Source of the DNA: Malacoraja senta | Lineage: Eukaryota | DNA length: 64,000 nt | Reading direction: 5' to 3' | Assembly (NCBI GenBank): GCA_038087875.1 | Contig: JAXLNO010000385.1 | Span: 558,001 to 622,000 of the forward strand | Shown: one piece after another, positions 1 to 14,269 of the stretch | Layout: the number at the start of each line of letters is the position of its first letter | How positions within the stretch are numbered: position 1 is the stretch's first letter | The notes under the pieces: model-generated | The model's input: only the letters and a program-made list of their open reading frames with translations | Database searches by the model: none | What the model was told of the DNA's origin: nothing | Translations under genes and position numbers: made by a program

Positions 1-1240
1 ATCAGATGCTTCCCTGGAATTATTATGGAGTACTTTTCAATCAATGATGTCACCCGATTGTGACGTCATCAGCGAAAGGCAGTCGTTTTAAAATTCAAGG
101 TCATATTGTTAAACATTTGCAGTAATAACTCGAGAAATAAAGCGTGACATTTTCAGATACGTAGATTTTGGGCTCCATGTGAAAAATATCTACCGGAATA
201 TGTAAAAAAATTACCGTTTCTGCGTCGGTTTTTCGCGACGATGTGATTATACACAAACCTATCTCCCCCCCCACTCTCTCCCACTCTCTCCCCCTACTCC
301 CTCCCCCCTCTTTCCCCCCGCTCAACCCCCCTTTCTTCCACCCCCCGCTCAACCCCCCTTTCTTCTCCCCCTCTCCCTCCCCTCTCTCCCCGCTCATTGG
401 ACCTGCAGTGAATCCATTCAAATGCATATGCAGCTGGGAACCGCACGGACGCAAAGAGAGGGAAACACAAGCCTGAAATCTAGTGCGATTTAGATCCACA
501 AGGAAATAAAAAAAGAGGGGGTAGAGAGGGGGGCGAGAGTGGGGGGATAGAGGGGGGGGGTTAGAGGGGGAGAGCGATGAGTGGGGGGAGAGGGAGGGGG
601 AGGGGTGGAGGGGTTGAGCGGGGGAGGGGTGGGAGAGATGGTGGGTGGAAGAGAGGCCGGGGGTGAGAGAGGCCGAGGCAGAGAGGAGGCGGGAGAGGAG
701 GGAGAGAGGAATGAGAGGGGGGAGAAGCGGGAGGGGGAAGGGGGAGCGAGGGGAGAAGGGGGAGGGGGAGACAGATGGAAGTGAGGTGGGGGTGGAAGAG
801 AGGGCGGTGGTAGGGAAGCCAAGGGCAGAGAGGCCAGGGGGAGAGAGGCCTGGTGGAGAGAAGCCGAGGGGGAGAGAGTCTTCAGTCCACAGCCCAACTT
901 CATCTCCTGTGGCGTCTTTTAAATAACGGTAGGATGAGGGAAGGGTCGTGGTGGGGACGTCACTCGCAGCGCCCCGGCATGCAGACCCATTGTGAGGTCT
1001 TCAGCGAAAGGCATTCTTTTTTCAATTCAAAGTTTTGTCAGATTTTTGAACATTTTCAGTAATAACTCGAGAAATAAAGCATGAAATGTTCAGTTAAGGC
1101 GATTTCGGACTCCATGGGAAAAATGTCTATCGGAATATGTTAAAATGTTACCGTTGGAGCATCGTTTTATCGGGAAGATGTGATGTACACAAACAAACAC
1201 ACATAATCAATACACATACAAGATCAGTCTTTTAATAGGT
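1..1240. mobile_element. Helitron-family fragments: 1..53 PIF1 remnant (+); ~55..260 and ~950..1240 related to the 31641 element (-), separated by C- and G-rich low-complexity DNA
   Basis: Positions 1..53 match the reverse complement of ~33460..33512. tcagcgaaaggca...taataactcgagaaataaagc occurs twice and mirrors ~32200..32370. Confidence 0.65.
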
Positions 1241-1564
1241 ATCTATATTACTAAAACTAAGATCCTGACCGCTTTCTGACTTTCTGTTTCGTGATTTCGG
1301 TGGAACGCCCCCACCTACGGCCGTCATTTTTGGCCACCTCGCTCAGTGCCCCCCTCCACCGGAGGATTTTTTCCATCGATCAAAGATCTGAGAGTTATTA
1401 ATGTTTTAAAAATTGTCGCCATTCTCTCTGCTGCCCCCGCTGTCGGCAGGGGGAGGGACTATGAAACCCGGAAGTGTCGAGGAAGCGGGAGGGACAAGGC
1501 TCTCTGAGCTGCGAATAACACTGAACGCACGTCTACTCGACGGCGAGTCCTTCGATGTGGTTGT

Positions 1565-1902
1565 AAAGTGTTTGCCAAATTGGCTTGGCTTTTAAAGACT
1601 TTTCAGAAAATGTGTTGGTCGTTTGCAAATTGTTTTCCAAATTGGCTTGGCTTTTAAAGACTTTTCAGAAAATGTGTTGGCTGTTTGAAAAGTGTTTGCC
1701 AAATTGGCTTGGCTTTTAAAGACTTTTCAGAAAATGTGTTGGACGTTTGCAAAGTGTTTGCCAAATTGGCTTGGCTTTTAAACACTTTTCAGAAAATGTG
1801 TTGGCTGTTTGCAAAGTGTTTGCCAAATTGGCTTGGCTTTTAAAGATTTTTTCAGAAAATGTGTTGGCTGTTTGCAAAGTGTTTGCCAAATTGGCTTGGC
1901 TT
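1565..1902 (+). repeat. ~62-bp tandem repeat, ~5.5 copies
   Basis: ccaaattggcttggc recurs six times at 62-63 bp spacing. Confidence 0.9.
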
Positions 1903-2237
1903 ATTAAATCGTTGCAACAGTTTTCGGATGGATAAAGCGCGAATAAACATTTTATTATATCAGGACTGTGTTTAATTGCAAAATTTGCGCTCATTGCGTG
2001 ACTTCCCCTTAGTGATAAGATTACGTCATTTCCGGTTAGCGGTAAGATGGCGCTGAGTGCGTCATTTCCGGTTCGTGGCAAGATGGCGCTGACTGCAGAT
2101 GGCACAGAGTGAAGACTTCGTTAAATAATTCAAGAGAGCCTACTGCTCAGTCTATGGTGAGTGTGTTTGTTGGACGTTATTTAAAGCATGTTGTTGCTTC
2201 AGCAGCAGCAGCCTCTACAAGAGGCTTTAAACGTTTG

Positions 2238-2745
2238 AATCATTCGGTGAAATTATTATGGCCAACAAGGAAATATCAGAAATGTTGAATAGGTACTTCG
2301 TATCTGTCTTCACTAAGGAAGACGCAAACAATCTCCCAGATGTACTGGAGGACGGAGTGTCTAAGAGGGTAGAGGAACTGAAAGACATTTTCATTAGGCG
2401 AGAAATAGTATTGGGTAGGTTAATGGGACTGAAGGATGACAAATCTCGTGGGCCTGATGGTCTGCATCCCACGTCCTCAGGGAGGTGGCTCTAGAAATAG
2501 CGAACGCATTGGTGATCATTTTCCAATGTTCAATAGAACCAGGATCAGTTCCTGTGGATTGGAGGATAGCTAATGTTATCCCACTTTTCAAGAAAGGAGC
2601 GAGAGAGAAAATGGGGAATTTACAGACCAGTTAGCCTGACTTCGGTGGTGGGAAAGATGTTGGAGTCAATTATTAAAGAGGCAATAATGGGGCGTTTGGA
2701 TAGCAGTAAAAGGATTAGTCCAAGTCAACAAGGATTTATGAAATT
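2238..2745 (+). mobile_element. CR1 LINE ORF2 fragment
   Basis: MLNRYFVSVFTKED, KSRGPDGLHP and YRPVSLTSVVGKMLESIIK motifs. Confidence 0.9.
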
Positions 2746-3106
2746 CATTATTTGCTACCGGGAAAAGCCTGCTGGTACCTTTTAGTCCAAAATGTTTCCT
2801 GAACTGTTTGATCTGTTTTGTAGTCAATGCCTTCTATGTTCTGTTGTGCTGAAGAAAAGCAAGCATTTCATTGTCCTATCAGGGACACGTGACAATAAAC
2901 TCACTTGAACTTGAACTGTAGCCATATTTTATGCGAGATTTTAACCACCGGGTTTGTCATTTGTATTTTACGATTATAAGGTAGTGAGCAGGTGATTATC
3001 GGTAGTGGATCAGTTAGGAGTTCAATCTGTGTCCAGTCTGTGCCCTGTTTACTCTCATATGTATATGTCCAATGTAAAATGTGTACAATATTTGCAGCCC
3101 AGTAGT

Positions 3107-3450
3107 AACATAGAAACATAGAAACATAGAAAATAGGTGCAGGAGAAGGCCATTCGGCCCTTCGAGTCAGCACCGCCATTCATTTTGATCATGGCTGATC
3201 GTCCCATGTCAATAACCCGTGCCTGCCTTCTCCCCATATCCCTTGATTCCATTAGCTCCTAGAGCTCTATCTAACTCTCTCTTAAATCCATCCAGTTATT
3301 TGGCCTCCACTGCCCTCTGTGGCAGGGAATTCCACAAATTCACAACTCTCTTGGTGAAAACGTTTTTTCCCACCTCAGTCTTAAATGGCCTCCCCTTTAT
3401 TCTAAGACTGTGTGTGGCCCCTGGTTCTGGACTCGCCCAATATTGGGAAC
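3107..3450 (-). mobile_element. CR1 3' end
   Basis: (ACATAGAA)n tail plus the conserved 3' region repeated many times in the window. Confidence 0.85.
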
Positions 3451-4200
3451 ATAGTAATGGATAAAGTTAGGCAAGCCTAGACCACCTGCCTTCTTAGGAA
3501 CTTCCAAGTATACCTTCTTCATCCTGGAATTTGAATTGTACCAAATAAATGGTGGGATTAGTCTATCGAATTGCTGAAAAGTTGTCCTAGATATGAATAT
3601 GGGGATCACTTGAAAAGATAAAGAAATCTAGGTAAAACTGTCATTGTAACGGTATTGATGCCGGCTACTGATGAGAGTGGTAGTGTTGAACTTTTTTGAA
3701 GTCCTGTGTTGTTCATTCTAGTAATGATTTAAACTTATGGCTGTGTGAACTTCCCATGGTATGGGTGACTTTAATTCCCAGGTAAGTAAATATATTTTTC
3801 TCAAGTTTAAATGGGAAGCTGGAGCAGTCGCCGTCAGTGTGATTGATTGGGAAAAGCAAACTCGTTGAGTAATTTACCTTATAACCTGACAGGCGGCCAA
3901 AATTATCTAAAATATGCAGTAGTTTTGGTATGGAGTCAGTTGGGGTGGATATATGTAACAGCAGGTCGTCTGCGTACAGCGATACTTTGTGACATTTACT
4001 ACTTCGAAAGATACCTCTGATACCATCTTCTGTCCTTAGAGCTATAGCAAGTGGTTCTATTGCCAAATCAAATAGGTAGGGTGAAAGGCTGCAGCCCTGT
4101 CTGTAGCCCCTATGGAGCTGGAAGTAGTCGGAGATTATATTGTTGGTCCACACAGCTGCAGTTGGCGCAAAATATAATATTTTAATCCATGATAAAAATC
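3451..4200 (-). mobile_element. L1/Tx1-clade LINE reverse transcriptase fragment
   Basis: YFQLHRGYRQGCSLSPYLFDLAIEPLA, VSLYADDLLL, FGRLSGYKVN and KKAGGLGLPNF motifs. Confidence 0.88.
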
Positions 4201-4932
<732 letters not shown>

Positions 4933-5429
4933 CTGCGCCTGCGTAATAATATATGGTTGAGATCTTGAAGTTCCTTGGAATTAATATTACTAATGATCGT
5001 CGTGGACCAACCACACTGACGTAATATGAACGTCCACAAACGCCTTTTGCTCTATAAACTTCTAAAGATGCACCATAGAAACTATACTATCTGGTTGCAT
5101 CACATCCTATTTTGGGAGATGCAATGCCCAACAGCTCAAGAAATTACAGAGAGTAGTATATGTGCTCAGCCAATCGCAGAAATCACTGTTCCCACCAATG
5201 AATCCATCTACACACCACATTTCAACGGAAAAGCAGCCAATACAATTAAAAACGTCACCTGTACAGGCAATTATTTCGCCTCGCTGCTCCCGTCCGGCTA
5301 AAGGTACAGAGGCTTGAACGCGCGCACCACCACACTAAGAAACCTATTTTCCCCCTCTGCTGTTAGGTTTCCTAACGGTCCTTCCACAAGCCACGAGTGC
5401 GCGATTCACCCAACGTGGACAGCTGACTT

Positions 5430-5766
5430 AGTCTTTAGTTTTATTTAGATTTAGTTTTATAGATGCAGCCCAGAAACAAGCCCTTCGGCCCACCTGGTCG
5501 GCGCCGACCAGCGATGCCCGCAAATTAACACTATTCTACTCCCACTAGGGACCATTTTTACATTTTACCAAGTCAATTAACTTAGAAACCTGTACGTCTT
5601 TGGAGTGTGGGAGGACACCGAAGATCTCGGTGAAAACACGCGCAGGTCACGGGGAGAACGTACAAACTCCGTACAGACAGCACCCGTAGTCGGGATCGAA
5701 CCCGGGTCTCCGGCGCTGCATTCTCTGTAAGGCAGCAACTCTACCGCTGCGCCACCGTGACCGCCC
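5430..5766 (-). mobile_element. tRNA-derived SINE (HE1/V-SINE-like)
   Basis: Pol III A box TGGCGCAGCGG and B box GGTTCGATCCC on the minus strand, with a (CTAAA)-like tail. Mirror copy at 43129..43460. Confidence 0.85.
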
Positions 5767-7020
5767 TTCTATGGGGCTAATGCGCTGCAATGCGAAGGAC
5801 TGTATTCTAACAATCTTCCCTCTTGCTCGATCAAATGAGCTTGTTTTTGAAATGATTGTGATTATTTATTGTACAGCTTTTTTTTGTTCTAATATCGGGA
5901 AAAAACAAACCTTTTCGATTTAACGCGGTGCACACAAGAATAATAAACGCAAATTTGCATTCTGCACCATGGCATTATTTTCTTAACAATGTCTTGTGTA
6001 CTTGTGTATCGAATATAGACATGTACAACTATGGGATTGATTGGGGATGAACAGCCATGATCACAATGAATGGCGATGCTGGCTCGAAGGGCCGAATGGC
6101 CTCCTCCTGCACCTATTTTCTATGTTTCTATGCAAAACAGGGAAAGGGAAAGTCTGGGTCGAACATGATGTCAACATAAATTAGTGTAATCTGCTTACTC
6201 AAATTGATGGAGATCTCTCAGGTTTTTGCATATCCACATGCCCATACAAATGCCTCATAAACTCCATTGATACTAACAGCCTCCACCACCGACACGAGAA
6301 AAACATTTCAATAGACAATAGACAATAGGTGCAGGAGCAGGCCATTTGGCCCTTCGAGCCAACACCGCCATTCATTGTGATCATGGCTGATCATCCCCAA
6401 TCAGTATCCCGTTCCTGCCTTCTCCCCATATTCCCTGACTCCGCTATTTTTAAGAAACCTATCTATCTCTCTCTTGAAAGATTCCAGAGAACCGGCCTCC
6501 ACCGCCCTCTGAGGCAGAGAATTCTACAGACTCACCACTCTCTGTGAGAAAAAGTGCTTCCTCGTCTCCGTTCTAATAAAATTCAGGCATCGGCCGCCCT
6601 CTACATATAGAAACATGCCCCACACATCTCAACCGAACTTTGCCCTCTTCCATCCAGCCTTTGCATTTTCACCAACATGCTAACATTTCAACGCCCTCTC
6701 CAAATCCTTTGCATTCTGCAGCGGGGGGCAGTACAGTACTCAATGGGTCAGACAGCATTTGTGATGCGGATAGACAGGCGTTGTTTCTCGATGGGCTATT
6801 CCGCCAGATCTTCGCAGCTCCGATACAAAACGCCGCCTGTCCATTCCCTGCACAATTTCTGCTCGACTCGCAGATTTGCTCCAGCAATTTGTGTTTTCCA
6901 CGCATTGTTTACGTCGGCTTCAGATCATCTGCGGCAAATCTAACGTCGTCAGATATGATGAGAAATGTAGCCGTCAAATAAAGACAGAAAAGGTATGTCA
7001 GAGCGCGAAGTGTGCCAGTG

Positions 7021-7650
7021 CCTGTCCCACTGTACGAGGTAATTCAAGAGCTCTCCCGAGTCAAAACAAATCAAACTCGTGGGTACGCCGGAACTCGGGG
7101 ACGTCTCTTACCGGCTCGTACCGATAACGGCAGGTACTCGGGAAACGCGGTAAGCTCGTGAAGATTTTTCAACGTGTTGAAAAATATCCACGAGAGCTCC
7201 GAGTACCTACGAGCGGCTATTACCGTAATTCTCAGAATTCGAATCAGGGGAAACCCGAGAGAACTCTTGAATTAGCTCGCACAGTGGGACAGGAAGAAAG
7301 GGGGAACAGGACAGAAAACGATGGGTGGGGATAAGTCTATGTACGAGGTAATTCAAGAGTTCTCCCGAGTTTTCCCCTGATTGTAACTCGGAGAATGTCC
7401 GCGGCGGGTCCGTGGGAGTTCGTGGATGTCTCGTAGCGGCACCTGCGAGTATTTTTTTTACTCGTGGACATTTTTCACAGTGTTGAAAAAACGTCACGAG
7501 TTTACCGGGTTTCCAGAGAACCCACCGTTAGCATAACGAGCTGCTACGAGACATCCACGAATTCCTACGGACCCGCTACGGACATTCTCCGAGTTCGAAT
7601 CAGGGGAAAACCCGGGAGAACTCTTCAATTACCTCCTACAGTGAGAGAGG
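7021..7650. mobile_element. Two adjacent ~280-310 bp MITEs with CCTGTCCCACTGTACGAGGTAATT-type TIRs (Harbinger-like)
   Basis: 7021 cctgtcccactgtacgagg pairs with ctcgcacagtgggacagg at ~7293; the second unit spans ~7340..7650. Mirror copies at 41221..41880. Confidence 0.75.
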
Positions 7651-8249
7651 GGATCATGCTTCTCTTGTCGCTCTCTCTTGGCGGAGACAAGGGCTCAAGG
7701 AAAGAGCGTTCACATCACGGCCCCTGTTCCACCAACCTTTCCACCACCACGCACAAGAAGCACAAGAAGCGACAAGACAGACACCATTGTGCAGATGCCG
7801 AGAAGTGTATTCAGCTCTGTCTGAACGACTTCTAATCTTGTGTGTGGACTCGATAAGAAGAAAGCGGAGACACGCCCAAAACAGTGACTGTCAATTTCGA
7901 CGGTGAACTTTTAAATGACGGTGCACACGGCTATTTACTTTGAGCTTCTGGTTCTTGCCCTGTTGTGTTGCCTGCGAGCCAATGACAGTCAGCAGATCAG
8001 AATATCACTAAGGTACAGAATACCATCCGGTTTTGCATTCTTTCGCGACTTCCCATTCAAAACGAAATTCCAAAAAATTGGTCCCGATGACCCGCTTGTA
8101 ATTAGCTCTTATCCACACTGGATTAATTTATGAATTAACTTATCGGATCATGTTATCCCACTGACGGCGAGGATTCTCCCCGCTTCTCAGGTTAAGTCCC
8201 GCATCCTGCAGAAGTGCTGGAGTGAAACAGTCGCGATATTTAAAAGACC

Positions 8250-8655
8250 AGTCAGTCAATTTTATTTGTATAGCACATTTAAAAACATCTCACGTTGACC
8301 AAAGTGCTGTAGACCAGTGCAGATACTAATGTGCTACATACAATGGTACACAGAGCTAACAATACATACACAAACTGTTTACAGCGCTCCCTTAGAGGGC
8401 CTCAAAAACGCTATTGTGTAGAAATAGGTGTTGAGCCTCGATTTAAAGAAGTCGATAGAGGGGCTAGTTCTGATGAGGAGAGGGATGCTGTTCAACATTC
8501 TAGGTGCTGCAACCGCAAAAGCGCGGTCGCCCCTGAGCTTAAACCGAGACCGCGAGATAGTCAGTTGCCCCAAGTCGGCCGACCTGAGGGACCTGGAGGT
8601 AGAATGGTGGGTTAGAAGATTGTTGATACAGGAGGGGGCAAGCCCGTTAGGGTGA
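8250..8655 (-). mobile_element. L2-clade LINE 3' fragment (mirror at ~40215..40620)
   Basis: RSLRSADLGQLTISRSRFKLRGDRAFAVAAPR..NSIPLLIR motif with an AATAAA tail. Confidence 0.85.
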
Positions 8656-8945
8656 TTGGACGGGTGCATTTATAGGAAAGGTTAAAATGAATGTCGGGCA
8701 ATCGCGGGCAAATCGGACTCGCGTTGACGGCGCATCTCGGTTAGCAGAGACGAATTGAGCCAAAGTGACAGATTCAGTGATGTATGATTCTATAACTTCT
8801 ACGAGTGATGGTTCAAATGGCCATTGCAAGCTGTTCCGTGTGAGTATGTGCGTAGTGGAGATTCTGAGCAGTTGAATGGGAATATTGGGAGGACAAACAC
8901 TGATGGGAGCAAATGTATGTTGAACTATCGGCGTGGATCAGGGGG

Positions 8946-11414
8946 TCACGGACGTACAAGTGCACGAATTGCACTCACTGGGAATTTAACCGCGTTCATC
9001 AGCTCAGCCCGGAATTTACTCTGGGTCACCACGTAAATACACGTGTTGGTGCAGGTACTGAGCAGCTGTAAGAAGCCCGAGGTGACCGCTGTGATATAGT
9101 AATAACCGGTGGGGGAGCTGTCAACTCGCACCTTCGCAATACCCGTAAAGATGTAAAATATGGCCTGTGTTGCCCACAGCAGGACGAAAGTGCCCGTGAT
9201 ACTGAAGAGTAAAATGATGGATTTCCTGCGGTTCTCCATCTCCTGGTCCTTGTCATTCTCTCCGTTGCTTTTTCCCCGGAGCCCCCTGCGGACTCTGCTG
9301 GCCGCTACAATCCGCCTGACCGTCAGCACATTGAGCAGAAGGATCAGAAAGAACGGGATACATGGGGTTAGAACGCGGTGTGTGACATCATATGCGATCC
9401 ATGCAGACGACGTATAGAAGGTGGGTTTGGTGTAGCAACCCCAGGGAATATTATCAAACACGTAGACAGGTTGTAACGTAAAACACCGGGGGACGTTCTC
9501 TAAACAGCCCAGCACACTCACTGCCCCGATAATCACAGCCGCCGTTCTCTCAGTGCAATATCTTGTTTTCAGCTTCTCACAACAAATAGCCACAAACCGA
9601 TCGAAGGTGAAGGCGACCGTCAGCCAGACAGAGACCGCGGTGGATGCAAAGACCAGGAAATTGATAGTCACGCACACGGGAGTAATGTTCAGCAAAGAAT
9701 ACGGGAAGTAAAATGGAATAGTCATACGGAGAAACGGATCGGTGATGCCGACCAGGAGATCAGACGCTGCCATGGCCATCAGGTAGAGAGTGATGCATTT
9801 GGACAGACCGCATTTACCTCGACAGAGAATCACAATCGCCAACAAGTTTACTGTGAAGGAGAGAAAAGATATTACTGACATAAGCCCCGCACAAATGTAT
9901 CTGAGGGACATTGTCTGATTGGAAGGTTTTCAAACTTCAAATTTGATTGACCAAATGACCTTTAGCCCAGACCACGTTCAGAGATTATAGCCTTTGGACA
10001 ACGGTGTCCACGCACCTCATCAAACACCAATGTATATTACGTTCACAGCTTTTAATACTACCCATATTTTCTGAACTGTCTCCAGATTGTAGCATCCATC
10101 TACCCATGGACAGTAGTTACAGAAACCATTAATAGGCAGGTCAATTGCATGTGGGAGGAAACATGCGCACAGCCAAGATTAGCGTGGAGTCGGTGGACGA
10201 ACGATGGAACATTGCTCATAAAGCACGGGAGTGTGGAGATTGAACCTGCGTCTCCGGAACTGTGTGACACCGGCAGACTCAGGCACGGAAATCGCTATCA
10301 ATACATGGGGGGGTGACGGTAACATCGGAAGCTGACCTGGTTGGTGACCGACTCCGAACTCCAGCAACAGCAGCTTCGTCCGCCACGAATGGTGGGGCTT
10401 GAATCGGCCCGTTCGCGGGGCCTTTCATCGGCCGGCGGGGGCTTCAACATCGGGTGGCTCGATCGCCTGGATGCAGCAGGTTGATTTTAAGCCGCGCTGG
10501 GCGATGAAAGGCCACGCGAACTGGCCGATTCAGCCCATAGAAAATGTCTGATAAATTCCGGATTACAAAAATAGGCGGGATTGTCCCCCACCTCTCAAAG
10601 CACGGGGGGGGGGGGGGTAGTGGAGCTCCCGTCCCTCCCCAGAATTTCCGCCCATGCAGGCAGTACTGACTGTGGCACGGTGACGAGCATGTACAGATAC
10701 ATCTGCGAATATAAATTCGAATTTACAGATCGTCCGAAGGAGAAGATATCAAAATACATAACATTAACTGATATAAAATTACGTGACAGCATCTGTTTAC
10801 ATCTGAGTTAACATCTGAGTTTACATCATAGTAAAGTCGTGACACCTTCATAGAGTCAGATCCCAGCTCGTGACATTCACTTGCTTTATCTCATGAGCTG
10901 TAGCATTACAGGTCTAAGGCGGGATTACGCTTCACGCAGCGACGAGTGCAGAAAATATATCGATTATATATTCAGTTAAGCAGGTTTGTCCGATTGGGAA
11001 CACATGTCATTTCACTAACTCGTTTCAGACTCTCCACGGAAGGAACCCAAGTTGCCATTCTCACAGCTCCTGACCAACATACCAGGGTGTGATTATCTGA
11101 TACCTGCTCGCTCGTCAGGGCTCTGGCCGGCGCAATCGGTACAGACAGTGATCCAGGCCAGGATAAACAACGGGCATGACGTACACATTGCGGCAGTTCC
11201 AGTAGGAACATGGATGTCTAACCAAATTAAACAAGTGAATTATTGAAACACAAACAATGTTTGTTTAACGTCGGCACCGCCGGAGTTTACGGAATGTCTC
11301 ACAGCTAATGCGCGTACATCAAAATCAGAGACAAACCAAATTACCGAAAACAGCGACAGCTGCTATTGTAGGGTAATATATATATTGAATTCGATAGATC
11401 AATGGATATCCCAT
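8946..11414 (-). CDS. GPR139/GPR142-like class A GPCR, copy A; two coding exons, complement(join(8946..9850,11345..11414)), 324 aa
   Basis: Exon 1 reads MGYPLIYRIQYIYYPTIAAVAVF+G and is followed by a GTAATT donor. Acceptor tctccttcacAG precedes exon 2 (phase 1, G|TA=V), giving VNLLAIVILCRGKCGLS. The protein has seven hydrophobic segments, TM2 AASDLL, TM3 FTFDRFVAIC, an ECL2 Cys, TM5 Pro (LTPCIPF), TM7 NTCIY and helix 8 KFRAEL. The ORF-track N-terminus MSLRYICAG... is intronic. Confidence 0.9.
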
Positions 11415-14269
11415 AGCTGGAAGACACAATTAACTCCTGTGGCTCCGTCAGTCCGTCATTGCTGTTGCTCTGTGGCGATGCCTTCTGGTGGGCACCGAGA
11501 TATATAGAGCGATAGATGGGTCTCCAGTGACATTACCTCATACCTGCTGATTGACATTAGTTACACTCACGGAACAAACACCTTGCGCCACAGCCACTAA
11601 CTCCACCATGGGAGATGACAAGTTAATAATTTAAGGATCGAGTAAAAAAATACCCGAAGCGAGTCGCTGATAAACAGAGTTTGAAGAATGATCACTATCC
11701 GAAAATTCACCTATACACGTTCTCCAAAAATGTTGCCTGACCCTCTGTTACACCAGCACTTTGTGTATTTTTCACTGAAAACAAGAATTTATGCTTTCCA
11801 ATGAAAGAACGGTCCATGACACTGTGTTATTTCATTTAATGTTGGTGTGATTTCGATGGACATCTCCAGTGAACCCATCTACCATTCCAGTTTTGTTTTT
11901 TACCCCCAAAATAAATCATCATTCATACCATGAAATCACTGATATTGCAAAACAGATGCTGAAATATTCATAGAAGCATAGAAACATGGACAATAGGTGC
12001 AGGAGGAGGACATTCGGCCCTTCGAGCCTGCACCGCCATTCATTGTGATCATGGCTGATCGTCCCCAATCACTAACCCGTGCCTGCCTTCTCCCCATATC
12101 CCTTGATTCCACTAGCCCCCAGAGCTCTATCTAACTCTCTCTTAAATCCATCCTGTGATTTGGCCTCCACTGCCCTCTGTAGCAGGGAATTCCACAAATT
12201 CACAACTCTCTGGGTGAAAAAGTTTTTTCTCACCTCAGTCTTAAATGACCTCCCCTTTATTCCAAGACGGTGGGCCCTGGATCTGGACTCGCCCAACATT
12301 GAGAACATTTTTTCCTGCATCTAGCTTGTCAAGTCCTTTTATAATTTTATATGTTTCCTGAAGAAATCTCTGTGTCCTTTGCTCAGTCGGACTGTGCACA
12401 GTCTGACCGTGTGCTATGTTTCGCTCAATGACGGCTTCCCTCCGTAATCTGCCACCCCCCTCCCCGAGCACACTGTGAGACATGGCATGTGTAATTTCAG
12501 TGTGATTTGGTTTAAGTTAGATACAGCGTGGGAAAGAGGATCTTCGGCCACTCAGAGGAAACTCACGCGGTCACAGGGCGAATGTGCACACTTACACACA
12601 GACAGCAGACGAGGGCAGGATAGAACCCTGGTCTCTGGCGTTTTGTAGCAGTAGTGCAACCAATGTGCCGCCCTTGGTGTGATACAGCGTGGAAACAGGC
12701 CCTTCGGCCCAACGTCCAAACCGACCAACGTGTCCCAGTTGCACTAGTCCCTGGCGTCTGGTCCATATTCCTCCAAACCCGTCCTTTCGGTGTAACCTTG
12801 TAGCGGTTTCTTAAACGTTGGGATTGCCCCAACCTTAACTATCTCCCCTGGCAGCTAGTTCCATACACCCACCACCCTATGTGTGGAAACGTTACTCCTA
12901 GATTCCTATTAACTCTTTTTGTCCTTCACCTTGCATCAACGTCGTCTGGTCAGGCAAACGCCTCCGTTGCCATGCTGTGAAAACGGAGAGGATGAGAAGG
13001 AGTTTCTTCCCAGAGCCCATTAGGACTGTAAACTCCTATCTCACCAGGGACTAACTTTACTGAACCATTTTACTGTTGTGTGGTGTCTTTTTAAAAATTG
13101 CTATTTTTCTTTTTTTCCTCCCACAAATATGTAATATGTGAATATGTGATTCTGTCCATTGTGTTTTGTACTTTTTTTACACAATCCGCGAGCATTGCCA
13201 CTTTCCATGTCACTGCACACCTCGCATGTGTATGTGACGAATAAACTTGACTTGACTTGACTTGACTTGACTTGGTCCTCGATTCACCTACTCTGACCAA
13301 TCTAAAGGGAGTATGCACGGCAGTCGGGATCACGACCCGTGACCTGTACTGTTGCCACGCAAAGCCAACTGGAGTACATGCGGTGAACGTCGGGTAAGCG
13401 CTTACCACGGCTTCCAGTGCAACGGGCCCGTTTTCTGTCCCACCATTCGGACTCCACGCTGACTGGTTCCACACTCACGTACCCCGGGCCGTCTACCCCG
13501 CGGCTGGGGGTCGAGGGGTGTTCGGGGGGGGGGCGGTGTCCGGTGCCGGTGCAGCGCGGTCAGTGACTCTGGGTGGGCGGAGGGACCAGACTATCCCCAA
13601 CTCCGCTGCAGCTGACGGGGTCGTTGCCGGGTTTTCGTTCACGTGTGTCGACTGCCCAGAGCCGCGGCACTGCTCCACCCGGCCCCGTGTGTGTGGGCGC
13701 TGCCGACCCACAGCCCGTAACAGTGCGGCGTGCAACCTCCGGCAACCACCTTCAACTAGCATCGCAACCGGCTTCGACTAAATTATCGATTTTTAAAACA
13801 GCAACCTATTTTTAGTCGCGGCCGGTTTTGAATTTTCTGAAATAATCGCCGGAACGTAGAAGAAGGGGAAACCACTTTCGACCATTAGGGTGACTGACAA
13901 AAACTTCCGGGAACCGCACGGAAACCTTGGGTGGGGCGCAAAGTCTCCAGAGGTTTCCGTTCAGGTTTCCTAAGTGGGACAGGGGCATAAGTTTCCATCT
14001 TATATTAGTAAGAAGAACGACTATTTGGTAAACTAGATTAGATTTGACTATTAGCTCTTTCATTCCCTCCTTTTTATCATACGTGATAACATTCACAGTC
14101 CTCGATAGGTACACAATGCTCGCAAGAATTTAATGATAAAGATTAGAGCAATGATTAACAGAAAAATGAAGCCATAATGTATCACAGTACCCCAAAGTCC
14201 ATCGAACCAACGGACATGGCAACCAGTTATCATTCTCTTCATTGACCTGATGAAGCTTGTTTCGGGTTG

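Noticed and set aside
1565..1902. Regularly spaced repeats resembling a CRISPR array
   Set aside because: Whole units repeat with no unique spacers, there are no cas genes, and the context is eukaryotic.
6640..6981. Short ORFs conserved between the two arms (e.g. 6640..6981 vs 41918..42355; 10972..11211 vs 37681..37920)
   Set aside because: Conservation is explained by the recent duplication, and there are no recognisable domains or splice signals.
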